A stretch of DNA of 64,000 bases from Podarcis pityusensis. Lineage: Eukaryota. Below, piece by piece: positions 47,086-60,820 of this stretch. The stretch's first letter is position 1. The number at the start of each line of letters is the position of its first letter. The notes below the pieces were generated by a model. It did not search any database. It worked only from the letters and a program-made list of their open reading frames with translations, and was not told the origin of the DNA. Where the stretch lies: the NCBI GenBank assembly GCA_964106645.2, contig OZ067042.1; one strand, 5' to 3'. The position numbers were made by a program, and so were the translations under genes.

Positions 47086-50000
47086 AAAAGTACAGTTTTG
47101 GAGAGAGAAGATGGCTGGGGATACCTGTAATCTGAAGTGGAACAGTAGATTAGGCTGTCTTTTGGTTTGTTTAAGTTTATGCTCAACTTGCCTATTTGTC
47201 AATAAAGTCATATTTTTACCAAATGCCATAAGCCTCCAGTGACCCCTTTCCAAAGGAAACCAAACCCAAGTGAAAGTTGCAACTGTGGAACCATTTGAAG
47301 TTGGTTGCGCATAGCAATGCTGTCAGGAAGAAGCAATGCAAAAAGTGAGATGAGATGTGTAAAGCTGCACATGATTTTTGTGTCCTCTTCTGTCTTTGTC
47401 AGCAAACTATGTGTGATGGTCTCATTGTGCAGGCTGGATCCCTGCTGTACAGCTTCCTTTTGGATGAAATGAGTGTATATCAAAACATGACTGAGGAATA
47501 GCCTGGCTCAAGAATGGTCTGGGAGAGAACGGTTGTCTAAGCATTTTATTAGCAAAATAGCATCCAGGAGTGTGCTGGCAGAAGGTGATCTCATGGGAAA
47601 GAAGGGTATATCGTGCTTTGCTTTCTTTCTTAGAGCGAATGTAATGCTGGAGAAGTATAAAAATTGAAGACTCCCTGGAGACTGAGCTATTTTATCTACA
47701 GCACAAAGATAGTGCAGGCAAGGTAATTTCAGCTGAACTGCCAGTGTCCCTCCTATGCTGTGGTTCAGCCTGGGAAGTTCGTATTCAAAGCCAGCTCATT
47801 CTCTCCTGTAGCTGAAAGAGCTGCCAGTGAACACAATAGTTTGTGCAATGAAAGTAGCATCAAAAGATATCTCAGTTGGTGTGTTAAGTTAGTGGTGGCC
47901 TACTTGTTTGGCTTTTGGTTTTACTAGAATTCTTCTGTGGTCTACTTATATGTTTTGAATTTGCAAAGCAAGAGTGAATAATCAGGATTTCTCAGAGCTA
48001 AAGACACAATTACAAAGTGCTAAGAGATCGTGAGTATGTGTTCAAGAACACAAGGAGTGCCTTCATCGATCCGACCAAGGTCTACTCAACATTTTTTGCA
48101 AGAACCTAGCTTCTAGGTGGCCCATAGTTGTTCTTTATGACACTGTATTTCAAACTGTCGGCTCAATGAGAGGTCCTAGTGAAGATCTATCCCTTTGTAG
48201 GCCCACAAATCTCAGCCAAGCCCTGGATGTGAACCCAGAGCAGCCTTCCTCTTGCCTTGAACAGTGCTTAGTACACCTTCACTACCCCAATGCACACTTT
48301 CAGTTCAAGACACGGGGGGCTAATCTGTGTCCCTCCAGATATTGTTGAACTGTAGCTCCTGGTTTATGGTATTCAGCAGCAGCTAGATTTAGGTGAGAGC
48401 CATTTTCAGGAAGGAATGGAGAATGGGGAGTCACAGCCCCACCTATGCCCCGAGTGGATGGCACACCCTGTTGCCGCAGTTACCACTCTCTCAATGCTCC
48501 TCTCTTGCTGCTACATTGTCAACCATGGGACCAGGTGGTATTCCTGACTGTGTCTGGTTTGGTCCAGCTTTCTCAAGCTGCTGGTTTATGGTTTATGATG
48601 AACATCAATCATTTCAAAAAGACAGGCTCTTCAGTGGGTTTTTGCAATTACAGTTGTGTGGCTAATATCTAACTCCCATGGTCCCAAACAAAGCTAATAT
48701 TTTGGCTTGATAAATAGTTCCTGTCTACATTTGCATTCTTGCATAAATAGCACAAGTTACTTCTCAACAGGGTGAACAGCACTTTGCTGGTGATAAATGA
48801 AGAAACTGCTCTAAATCAACAAGCAGACTGAATGGCATCACAAAGCAGAGTTGGCAGCAAAGATAATGCTACAGTCATAACCTACTGTTCATTTTCATTC
48901 ATGATTGTTTCTCCTTCCACTGGGGAAGTCTCAGGAAACAGTATGTTTGCCATCAAACAGCCATTCCCAGTTGGATATTTGATAATTAGTACTTGTGGTT
49001 TAGGCAAACCACAAGTTTTGGGTGCCATCCAGCTGCTGAGCACATCAAAGTGTAGCTAAGCATTTCCCACTGCCCTATCTACAGCAACCTGGTGACTTCC
49101 AGATGTTTTAGACTGCAACTTGCATCATTTCTGATCAGTGGCTATGCTAGCTGGGGCTGGTGGGAGCTGTCATCCAAAACATCTGGGAGCACCAGGTTGG
49201 AGAAGACTGGTTTATGGCACCTTCCACAGACTAAAACAAGTCCCATTTCCTGTCTACCATGGAATGCCACTTATATCCCTCTTGAAGATTTCCAGCATAC
49301 ATCCAGACCTTTTGTCAACCGCTGTCCATTCTATTCCCACAGGGTGTTGTTTTTTTTCCTAGCCAAGTAGCTCTTGTTACACAATGAGTAGTTGTCTGTT
49401 TAGTGCAATGGAATGGGACTACCACCTCTCTCTCTGGCAGGGTAGAGTATGCAGTTCCAACAGGCAGAAATTCAACAAATAAAGCTTTCCCCATCCCTGC
49501 ATATCCCTGCAGGGAAATCTGCAGCTACTGAATTTCTGTCAGATGTGCAGCACTTTAGGGCACAAAACCTGCCAGAAACAAAAGGTGACAACCTTAGCGA
49601 AAGGCATAATTTCCTCATAAGTGTGCAAGATTTGCAGCTCTGCACTTTCTTTAACAACCACCCACAATTCTTGGTATGTATACTTGTGTTTGGCACGAGT
49701 TCCTAGGCGTGTGGAGGGAAATTCAATGAGCTTGCTTTGCTGAGACCAGCAGATTATTTTTGGCTGGTCACAAAGCCAATTTGTTGTGATTGCAGTTCCT
49801 ATTAACAGCCTGGACTACTCAATCAGACCATCAATTACCAGCTTGCTTTCACTGACTCCTCGGTTCTGTTAGTCTTTTCATCTGCTTGTCAGTTTTTCTG
49901 TTCAGCATTCATCGCTGCAATGAGGATAGTAAAAAAACCAGTCTACAGAACAGTGTTTAAACTCAATAAGCAGCACTTAAAGTAATTTTGGTTTCCAACT

Positions 50001-51799
50001 ACACCTTGGAATTTGACAGAATGCATATCAAGACAGCATAAACCTTAACCTAAGTCTTGGGGTTAAATTTCTGTGTCTATCAAAACACCGCCTGTGCTGG
50101 AAGTGACTAGACTTGTTTACATTGCATGGGAAGATAAATGCTGTGACTCTTAAAATGATTGGTCGCTGTAGCATTATAGCAAGGCCTATATAGCTCACAG
50201 CTGGTCACATTTGGATGATTTCAGCATTTATGATAATCTGCACATATGAATGGGCTGTCATAGATATTACATCACAGACAGAACTTTTGTATGGCCTCAT
50301 CTTGCCCATATCAAGTGACATGCATGCATATGGAAATCAGGCCATAATGTTTTGGATATGTGGCAATGCAGCAAGAAATGTAATTGATCAGTACTTTAAG
50401 TTTAAATGGTGATGGTTTTTATTAAAAACATGTACCAGTACCTTTCCACCTAGAAATGGAGTGCTTCATTTATTGTTGCAAGGTGACAGACATAGAATTG
50501 AGTGGGGTTTCTAGTCTGCTTTGGGGCTCACATATTAAGCACATATTTCAGCATGAACTATAGGAAACCTCATCCACATTACAAGAAGATATAATATAAT
50601 TCTGTCTTGTTTATTTAAGTGAAGTTAAAAGAACTTAATTCTAATTTCCATAGGTGAAGAGTGTTCTAGAAGCATGTAGTGTTTTATTGTAGCATCTATT
50701 TATTTAGAAAAAAATACATGCAGAATAGGAGAGAAACATGTACCCACATATGAAGCAAAGAGGAGGAAAAGACTGTGGCTTCCAAGAGCAGAGAAGTTCT
50801 GGAAGACGATCTGTGCCTGATATGTGCCCCACCCCTTTCTTTTCTGAATAACTCCTGGATGGGCACTCAAGAGGCAGCATCCAGGCATCCTCCTTGCCCT
50901 GTGCCACGCATCACTCCTGGTCATGCTTGAGCCACATTCCTCAGTAGTATGACACTGATAAAATGTGCCCATTTTAATTAATGTTGGATGCTATGTTTCA
51001 TCTCTTGCATGATGATGAGTTGAAGCAAAGCTTTGAACATGATGGAATTTCACTTGCAAATCTGTTCTCAAAAGATGTTTCCCCTCTTTAAATGAAGCCT
51101 GATTGACAACAGCAAAAGAACTCAAGCCACTGAGCTATTACATCTTGAATATGAGGGGGGCTTGTTTGTTTTTGTGGGAGGGGGGAGTTGGTGGGGGGGG
51201 TTCCTCAATGAAATAAATGTTCTCGGTATGTAAATGCACAGGAGGGGAGGCAATGTTCTTATGCTTATTTACAGCAAATTTGACAGGCAGAAAACATTGA
51301 CCGGGCAAAAATAATAATTAGCCATTTTCCTTCATAGTTAAGTCAAAAGCTGATAGTTATGAAGGTTGCACAAAATGCTTGACTTTAGATGTCCCCCATT
51401 TCTCCATCAGTGGTTACACATAAGAAATGGTTTCTTAACGATGCCTGCTTTCATTAGAACGGTAGCTAAAAACATTGTTTTAATTGACACGTAGCACATC
51501 CTAGGAAAATAACAGAGAAAACTCCCTAACCAGTCAATTACCATATAAATAGGAATGCATAGATCATCCCTCGTATCAGCATCTTGCTTTTTGGTTGATG
51601 AAAATATGTTAATGGGCAAATGCAGCTTTTCATTTGAATAATGACTTAATGCTTCTGTGAATTTCAGATTGTGGATTAAGCCCTTTCTGTGAAAAGTTTA
51701 AATATTTTTCCTATAGTTCACCAGCTGCCTTTGCTCAAGGAGGAAAAAAAGCCCCTGAATTGAGGATCTTCAAATAACAACACGTGCCAGGATTCTGGG

Positions 51800-51802
<3 letters not shown>

Positions 51803-51840
<38 letters not shown>

Positions 51841-51843
51841 CGC
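51803..51843. repeat. (TG)n(CG)n compound microsatellite
   Basis: Read directly. Confidence 0.95.
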
Positions 51844-53674
51844 CTGCCTGTGAGCCCATGCAGAAGTCTATTTAGGGAAAGGAAAAATATGAGCATTCTG
51901 TGTTTATCTTTTCTTTCAGAAAGGATACTTACTGTTTGATGGGCCAGCAGGAAAGATGAACAGCATTGCATTTGACGGCTGCAATCAGTTTCTTTTATCA
52001 CTCCTTGCAGGCCTTCTTGGATCCTTGCCATTTCCCAAACCAGCTGGACAGAAACCTTTGCTCATTTACATGACGTGCTTAAGATTTTATATGATCACAG
52101 AGAGGAGAAAGACCAGTTTCTCTCTGTAGCTTAACTGTGTGCAAAGAATGAGATAGGAGGCAAAGTTAATTAAACATCATTGGTATTTTCATGCACAAGT
52201 CCCATGAAATGAGCCCAGCAGTGACCCAAAGAGCAATGAACTGTTGTCACTTGCTGGCCTGGCCAAATCATGAGATAAGTTGGAAGGTCCTTCCTTAGCC
52301 AGCACAATGCTTTTTTATTTTATTTTTTTGCAGCGGGCAGGGGTTGGCTTTGGGCTACATTGATCAGCATAGATTGCTGATGGGTTACTGTCTTGTTATT
52401 GCTTACCCTATTCTTTCCCATAAAACCTATTTTGAGAACACAACATAGATTTATCTTCTCATGTGTGCTCATCTGAGGGAATTAAAGCAAATGAAGCTGT
52501 AAAGTTTTAGAGGAACTCAGAATTCTCCTCAGGGTACGTAATAGGTAAGAGGGTCGGGGGGGGGGGGAAATAAGCTTGTGACAAAAGAAAGAGACATCAC
52601 CCTCTGGGCATAATTGGGTTGCTTTTCCTTTTTAAAGTTTAGCTACTGCAGAATTTTCTTCTTGAGTAAATCTAGTAAAATGTAACTTCATAAACATTTC
52701 TGTTTATGAAGCAAAAAGGCAGCACTCAGTCAATAGAAATGAAAAGAAGCCTTTTCACAAGTACATTTTTATTTATGTATTTATTTATATATTTTATATT
52801 GCACCTTCTCTCTAAGGAGCTCTAAGTGGCCTCCCCATTTTATCCTCACGACATCCATCCCAGCTGAGAGGTGTCAACTCATCGAAGGTCACATATGGCT
52901 GAGTTTTTAGTGCTTCATGAACCTGCACTTGTTTCTGCCTTAATGTATTTGTTGCGTTAAACTTCACTGTGATATTATGAAGATATAAAATGCTATTAAA
53001 TAAACTAAAGCATGAATGTGACAAACATGTGGCTTCGCTGCGCCTTGCTATCCAATGTACACTCATGGGCAGAGTCCAACAAGCACTTTATCACTTGATG
53101 GTGCTAGGGGGCATGGGTGGAGACAACTTGCTTGAATTCTCCTTCATGGGCCTCAGCACCCCGTCTTTAGCTGCCTGGAGAGCTGGCTGTGACAACGCAA
53201 AAGAATCACCCTATGTTTAAGTGTTTTGTTATTATGCACGCAGCTAGGGGATTTTTCAAAATGGTGGATTATATAAGGCAAATTCTTACCCCTGTGCATT
53301 TCATACACCCTTTTGCTAGACTTTTCTCAGCTGAAAAAAACCCACACACAGCAGAACAAGTTCTAAAAAATGTCACAGCTTATTTGATTTATTCTGTTTC
53401 AAGACACCTCTGGGGGTAAAACTCCCTCTCTGGAGAGTCGTACTTTCCCTCTTTGCCACCCCTAACAGAGTAAATTACACTCTACAATTCTTACAGGCCC
53501 CAAGGCTGAAACTTTGCTCAAAGCCTGGTTCTTTGATGCTGTGAACGAATAGGTTGGGAAGCTGGTGTGCATGTGGCTGTGCAGAGGCCATTTTTCTTTC
53601 CGCAAAACATGTTAAACATGTCCCTTCCTGTGAGGGGTCAGCTGGTGCACCTGTGATAAACTTCATTCTGATAT

Positions 53675-54154
53675 TTGTTGTTGTTGTTGTTTAGTAGTTT
53701 AGTCATGTCCGACTCTTCGTAACCCCATGGACCAGAGCACGCCAGGCACTCCTGTCTTCCACGGCCTCCCGCAGTTTGGTCAGACTCATGTTTGTAGCTT
53801 CGAGAACACTGTCCAACCATCTCGTCCTCTGTCGTCCCCTTCTCCTTGTGCCCTCCATCTTCCCCAACATCAGGGTCTTTTCAAGGGAGTCTTCTCTTCT
53901 CATGAGGTGGCCAAAGTATTGGAGCCTCAGCTTCACGATCTGTCCTTCCAGTGAGCACTCAGGGCTAATTTCCTTAAGAATGGATAGGTTTGATCTTCTT
54001 GCAGTCCCTGGGACTCTCAAGAGTCTCCTCCAGCACCAGAATTCAAAAGCATCAATTCTTCGGCGATCAGCCTTCTTTTTGGTCCAGCTTTCACTTCCAT
54101 ACATCACTACTGGGAAAACCATGGTTTTAACTTTACGGACCTTTGTTGGCAAGG
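53675..54154 (-). mobile_element. BovB (RTE) LINE 3' fragment
   Basis: ORF 54152..53703 encodes the BovB RT C-terminus; (CAA)n tail; possible TSD TATTTGTTG. Confidence 0.95.
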
Positions 54155-54410
54155 CGTATTTGTTGGCATTCTGGTATTAAGAACATGCTAATCATACATA
54201 GTGCCCCCTTAATCTTAGTTCATCAGACCCATCTCCAGTGTATCCTGTAACAGCTCCCCCCCCAAAAAAAAACACAACTGCTGATACAGGAAAAAGAAAC
54301 CGACCCTTTTAGAAAAGGCACCACAGTGAACTGCAGTGGCTGAGTACCTAACAACCTGGAACCAAAACTGTCCCGCCTAAAAACAAGGCAGCATTTCCTA
54401 CACAATATTC

Positions 54411-54528
54411 CAGGCATAGGCAAACTGGGCCCTCCAGATGTTTTTGGGACTACAACTCCCATCATCCCTAGCTAACAGGACCAGTGGTCAGGGATGATGG
54501 GAGTTGTAGTCTCAAAAAAACATATGGC
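54411..54528. mobile_element. hAT MITE, same family as 17892-18026, second TIR lost
   Basis: CAGGCATAGGCAAACT..GGGACTACAACTCCCATCATCCCT internal palindrome. Confidence 0.8.
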
Positions 54529-54639
54529 GAGTCAGAAGTATAGTAACTTGTAAATTCTGATGTCCCCAAAGGAGCCTGGCCACGACCAAGGCGCACACAG
54601 GACATGGAGGGTATCGAGGGGGTGGTTGGGGAGGGAAGA

Positions 54640-55430
54640 GCCCCTAGCAGCTTCGAGCAAGTCTCCTGCAAAGAGGCGCCTGGCCGGGAGTCCCGTGCCG
54701 TCTCGGCCGGGGTTTTGCGGCGAGGCCCCTCAGTGAGGAGTCTGGTCCTCTCTGAGGTGTGAAGAGGCGGCCCCTTTCTTTCGGCGCTGCCGGGCCTCCT
54801 CCCCAGAAGGGCCTTTCCCGGCCGGGGGCGGCGAGGCGGCTTCCTCCTGCCCGAGGGACGAGGCCCGTCCCAGCCGGTTCCTGCAGCCCGGGAGGCCGGC
54901 CAGGCCCAGAGGCGGAAGGAGCGGCGCCAGGGGAAGGCGCGCCTCGCCCAGGTAGGGGAGCCGAGACGCCAGGTGAGCAGGGAGGGTCGCCTCTGCCGCG
55001 CGCCCCGAAGCGGGGAGAGGGTCGCCCCAAAGCCGCGCGCCCCGCTCTCCTCCGCCTCCGCCTCCTCCTCCTCCGGGGGGCGAGCGCAGCCTCCCCCGCG
55101 GCCGCCCTGCCTGGACGGAGGACCTTCCCGCCCCAAGTCCCGGGACAGGAATGGAGGCCGGGGAGGAAGTCCCACCGAGGGCACGGGGCTTACTCCTCTG
55201 TCGGCCTCCGTAGGCCTCGGGACCTGAGCTGGGTTTCCTCACCGAGAGGCGGTGGTGGTGGTTTGCGGGGGGTCGCCGCCTTTGCCACCCCCGTCTTGGG
55301 AGCAGCAGCGCGACCATTTGGAAGGCATCTGTGCGTTTGGGCTGAGCCAATATTCTTGGAAAGGCTTTTCCTGAACCCGGGAGTTGCGCCCTGGGAATTG
55401 CTGCGCACACGAGCGAGGGGAATCAGCTCC
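54640..55430 (+). promoter_or_regulatory. CpG island; probable promoter and non-coding first exon of the downstream gene (ARHGAP8 by synteny)
   Basis: Very GC/CpG-rich and non-repetitive; GC boxes; strong donor CAG|GTGAGC at 54972/54973. Confidence 0.8.
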
Positions 55431-55515
55431 GCTCTTCCTTAGGGACTTTCCTACAGAACCACAGAATCGTGGAATTCGAACCCACTAGTCCAGCCCACTT
55501 CAAGGCAGGAATCTC

Positions 55516-55976
55516 TCTTTTTTAAAAAAAATAATATTTATTAAAATTTCAAAAGAAGAAAAATCACATTAATAAGAAAATTAACAATAAAAATACAAAA
55601 TACAAAAAAGAAAAAACAGTTAAAAACAATTCCATCTTTTCTTCACTTCTTTTACATTTACTTGTTTCCCGGACCTCCTCATACCTCCCTCTTTTGTATT
55701 CCAATTCAGTATGTTAATCCAGCAATTCCTTTCCCTCCTTTTTAATCCTAATCTTTAATCTTGATAAATTATAACATTAAATTTTTACATATTAAAAACC
55801 AATTTTTCCATATTTTTTTATACCATTACCGCTAGAAACCACTTAACTTCAATCCGTCATCATTCTAACATTCATTAATTTTACAATATTTCTGTAAGTA
55901 GTCTTTAAATTTCTTCCAATCTTCTTCCACCGACTCTTCTTCCTGGTCTCGGATTCTGCCAGTCATTTCCGCCAAT
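55516..55976 (-). mobile_element. L1 3' fragment (ORF2 C-terminus and 3' UTR) inserted in a CR1 remnant
   Basis: LAEMTGRIRDQEEESVEEDWKKFKDYLQKYCKINEC*; poly(A); 17-bp TSD TTCAAGGCAGGAATCTC at 55499-55515 and 55977-55993. Confidence 0.88.
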
Positions 55977-57682
55977 TTCAAGGCAGGAATCTCAACTAGA
56001 TCATCCATGACAGATGGCCACTGCACCTCCAAGGAGGCTGACTGCTTAGAGCAGAACCATTGAAATAAAATAAGAGTTATGACTAACTTAAACCCAGTTG
56101 ATGTCCGTGTGTCTCCTCTCAAGTCTGGGTCCAGCCCAGAACTGAACCAGGGCTGCTACAGACTCTTCTCCCTTCATTCCTTCTGGCAAACACAGCTCAC
56201 CCTCTGGAATCTCCTTTGGGATAACCTGAGCTTCAAGTGGGAGAAAGTCACACTAAAGTCAACGGGTCTTACTGCTTAGTTAACATTTATATGACTAGCC
56301 CATGAGGCTGTTATCCTGTAGGCCTCTGCTTCAGAATAAGCTCTGTTGAACTTACCAGGGAGTTGTTTCAGAGTAAGCGGCCCTCAAGGTACTCAGAAGC
56401 AAGTTGCATCAAAGTTAATGGCACTTAACTTCCAGGTAACTACTAATCAGGGCTATAAGACTGCAAATTTATTCTTTGGTTGTGGTAAACTGCAAAGTGG
56501 TGTTTCCCTCAGTGTCTGAATTTGTCTGTAATGCAAGTTTACTTAGAAGCAAGTCCCACTGAGTTAAACATGACTTACTTCCAAATTTACTTGCAAATAA
56601 GTCCCATTGACCTGCAAGATTTCTGTCTAAATATGTTCAGTTTGTGCTGTAAGGTTGTAAACCTATACATACTTACTTGGAAGTTGGATCCTTTGATAAT
56701 CAGATTCGTGTCCATTTTAGAGGGCCTGGATGGAAAGGAGCTCAGGGCTTCCTATACACTTACTGGTGGTGTGAATGAGAAAAATTCAACAGAGGTGGTG
56801 TTTGTCAGACCTCCACGATGATGCATGACTGCTGAAATTCTTATCTGTGCAAAAGACCCATCTTTCTTGCCCAAACCACTCTGATTTATTACCACCAGAG
56901 GCGGATTTAGGGGAGTGCAACCCAATTGCCCACACTGGGTGCCAAGCTGAGAGGGTGCTGCAGGTAACACTGCAACAGTGGTGAGTAATTGAAGGCAAGA
57001 GGTAGGGCACGCGCCAAATTTTGGCATTGCACAGGACACTGCTGAAATTTTAAAGCCCCAAGTCCACCACTGTTCCTACCTCAGTGTTTGCTGTGTACCA
57101 GTTCAGTACATTGAAAGGCTTCTGGTTCCTCTGATGTCACGATTTCCTTACCACACAAGAAACATACGTCCCAAGAGGCCAGGTGCTGCTTGTGTGATAT
57201 GGTAAACAAAACACATGAGGAATCACATGCAGTGTGAACTCGTATTTGGAGTTGCTTGGGAGAACCATGTAGGTGGTGATACTAACTGGAGAGCCTGTCA
57301 AGGAGGGTTCTAGGCAGGCAAAAAGGGGTTGAGAATAAGAGGAAAAAGGACACTTTGAAAGGTAAAACTTTGTCCTCCTGTAACAACCCCAAGGCCTGTA
57401 AACACTGAACAGCCTACTCAATTTAGCTTTAGGTGAGATATAGCTGAATATAGCATAGGAGTGTTGTACCTGCTTCTCTCCCAGGAAAAGCAGCAGCTCA
57501 GGGGGGTGCTTTTACTGTGCAGGGTAAAGAAGGTTTAACCCTTCCTTCTTGCCTGCCATGGTCCCAGTCTGGGTTATCCCCGAGCTATTGTTTTCAAAGT
57601 AAAAACAAGACATCGGAATGCATGCACATATTTATCAGTTAGCTTGGCACTGAGAAAATAATTATATGTTACCTGAGCAAAT

Positions 57683-58510
57683 ACAACAACAACAATCTTT
57701 ATCACGGGCCAGAGACCCAACAAATCGTTACAAAGCAATACACAATTCATACAACCTACCTCCAGGTTAAACAAGCATTTTGTTCAGAATATAGGGATCA
57801 TTGGTTCTTGCAACCTCCGATAAAAACTTTGCCGCTGCTAATGTCCTAGGCGCTGAGGTTTTACCCACAGCGTCACCCGCGTCCCTTAACATCTTTTGGG
57901 CGCCTTCATAACCCAGGTAATACAGTTGGGGGGTGACGGACCAATAGAGATGGCTTTTTTAGTCATGGTTTTCTGCCATTTGCTGACAAATTCCTCATTG
58001 GTCAGGTGTTGGTACAAACCCTTCCCTAGATCAAACACTGAAATCCTGAGCCGGTGTTGTAGGGCAGCCCACCACGCTTTAGTTGAAATTGGGCATTCCC
58101 CAGCTTCTAACAGAAGTATGGAGTTGGGGACACAGTTGGGTACCTGCAGCAGAGATCGTAGAAATTTTGCCTGAAAGCCATCTAGCTTTGGCAGGTCCCC
58201 ATTATGCCAGACATTTGCAGCGTACAGGAGTTGGGAAACGGGTTTTGCGTTGAAAACCCTTAAGGCTGCTGGAACATATTTGCTGCCCTTTGTGAAAAAG
58301 AATCTGAGTATGGCTAGTTTTTTGATCTCCGTCTTTTGAAGGGAGGTTTGCCAGTGGTGCTTCCAAGATCCTGTATGATGGAGTGTGAGCCCTAGGTAAC
58401 TGAAGTATTTGATCTGTTCAAGGTTATGGCCATCCAGCACCCATTTAGACCGGGAGAAGCTTCTTTTGAAAACTAAAATTTTAGATTTTTCATAATTAAT
58501 GGAGCAAATA
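57683..58510 (-). mobile_element. LINE 3' fragment (RTE-X/Rex1-like RT thumb) with an internal deletion and a 43-bp Sauria SINE head at 57843-57885
   Basis: INYEKSKILVF..LEQIKYFSYLGL..QLLYAANVW..FQAKFLRSLLQVP..LLEAG; AAKFL C-terminus; (TTG)n tail. Confidence 0.75.
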
Positions 58511-60649
58511 AGGTATTTTCAAACCTTCATCTCCTGTACGGTGTAAGATGAAGGAGAGGGAAGGAGTGACAGTGGGAGGTGTGTGCACATCAGACAACTG
58601 CAAGGGTGGGGTGGGTATTTGCATAGGAAGTGCAAGGGGTGTGTGCAAGGGATGTGCTTAACCTCTAACCATGTATGCTGATCTCACACATATATACACA
58701 CACACACACACCCCTCTCTACCTGTCCAGCAGGATTTCCTCCAAGGACTTGGAAAGAAAGCAGATTAAATATGTCCTTGGGTAGCTGACACCCCAGAGGA
58801 GATTTGGAGGGCAAGTACCCTCCTGCTCTCTCCTCATGCGTATGAGCAAGCGGGAGACCCTTATTTTGTACCCTTTACTTCAGTTTACTAAAAGAATGAC
58901 TCCACTGTGTTTGCGTTTTCTTCCCTGTTCTCTGCAACACAACAGCTTTACCTGGTGCCTGTGTGGTGCTGACAAACATTTCCTGCTTTTTGACTGAACA
59001 GCCGGTTGAAGTTTTATTGTGTTTGTTATCTCATTAAAACTAGATTCCTACACATACTTGAAGTCCTGTTAAGATCAGTACCAGTTTCTTCTTGGTTAGG
59101 GTTGAGTTGTGTGTTTCTGCTTCAGTTCACTTCTTCCATTTTGGTACTTAAATTTTCTATCTGCATAGCTTGGTGAAGGTCATAGGAAACCCAGAGGAAA
59201 CACTGTGACTTTGCACACTGGCTCTCTTTGTTTCCTTTCCTGAGCAGGCAAGCTGCATGAAGGTCTTTTCACAATTTTAGAACCATTTTACCATTTTAAA
59301 CAGCACTTGATTGAAATAAAGGTAAGGGTCTTGATCTAGCTGTAGTCACACTATGTTGTGGGTAATTTGTAGCCCTGGACCAAGGTGCCTGTTCCCACCC
59401 ACATGTAATTCATCTCATAGGGTGCACTGGGAACTGGGTGAACCTCTCCATGTCCTTGTTGATGTGGGAATCCACATTATTTCAATGTGCTGATTACCAT
59501 TGTTTTCTCAATTGCTCTGTGTTTCTTTGCTGCTATTGTGTGCTATGCTTAAGAAACTCGAGCCTGTGTTATTTAATATATTAATATTCTTTATGAAGAG
59601 CTAATTTATTTGAGCTGAATGATTCCCTGTGGATCATTCTTGCAGTTAAAAATATGTAGTTACTACACTCCAGACTGTTGTCCACTAGCTTGCCAGCTTA
59701 ATTCAATTAAAGCTGCCATCTTAAAATATATTTCAGTCTAAGATCCAAAGCATTATACTCTTGGGATATAATCTCTGCTTGAGTGTGGATTTAGCCTAAC
59801 ATAATTCTTTGTTGTTGCTTCCTTTTACAGTTAGTTAATTTAATAGAAAGCAGATTTCATAAAACGGTTGATCATTAATGTTTATTGTGATTAACAGCTA
59901 ATCATCCTTACCCAATAAACACATGCACTGCTTCAAGCAAATATAAGATTTTGCTGTCTGTTTTATGCCAAGCTCTGGCTGTAATCCAGCCACCATTTAG
60001 ACTTATTTAAGAGCCCATTCACATGACCCAAAAACTTAATGAAATAAAAATAAAAGTGGCACTGATACTTAGTCTTGTGACCAGGAGGGATCACCTTTCA
60101 GAAGTGTGAAGAGGCAACTGTTTTTATCCACAACTCCTCAGACTCAAACTGGAATAGAGCAGGCTAGGTAGTACCAGTAACTATTATCTTGGTTGCCTGT
60201 GGCAAATAAAATTGCTTCTCTGCCTAGACAAGGCAGAGATGCTTTTGAAAGTTGCTGGTGTGTCTGTGTGCCAAAAATGACCAGTACACTGCTAACTTTT
60301 GTGAGCTGAACTAGATTCATAGAGTTGGAAAGGACCTCAAGGGACATCTAATCTAATCCTCTGCAGTGCAGGAATCCCATCCAATTTTGAACGATTCTGG
60401 ACCCTGCTTAGTTTTGCAAAGGTGCTGGCAGTTTTATTGCTGCACCATTAGGAGACACATGACAACATGACAGAACAGCTGAAATAGTAGCCTGCAGCTC
60501 TCTTATTTTTCAAAGTGCATCAGAGGGAAAAGTATGAGGAGTCTCCCAATCTGAACCAGAGAGTAAACAGTTGATAGAATGAGTTGCCTAACACTTTCCC
60601 CAACTCCTTTCTCTCTTCTCTGCCTAACCTTTGAGTGGGAGATCTAGAG

Positions 60650-60820
60650 CAGTGGTGTCCAAACTTTTTTCAAAGAGGGCCGGATTTGCTGAAGTGAAAG
60701 GGGCTGACCAAAGTTGTTGAACTTTTTTTAGGATTGAAGTTATTGGGCTTTTTTAGGATTGATGTTGTTGAGATATTTTTAGGATTTTCCCTCAGGAAAT
60801 AAACTGCCACGGGGGCCAGA
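60650..60820. mobile_element. hAT-Charlie-like transposon end fragment
   Basis: CAGTGGTGTCCAAACTTTTTTCAAAGAGGGCCGGATTT preceded by a TCTAGAG target. Confidence 0.55.

Noticed and set aside
54468-55442. Several 200+ aa ORFs on both strands
   Set aside because: Stop-poor GC-rich CpG island; Pro/Arg/Gly-rich translations with no recognisable domain
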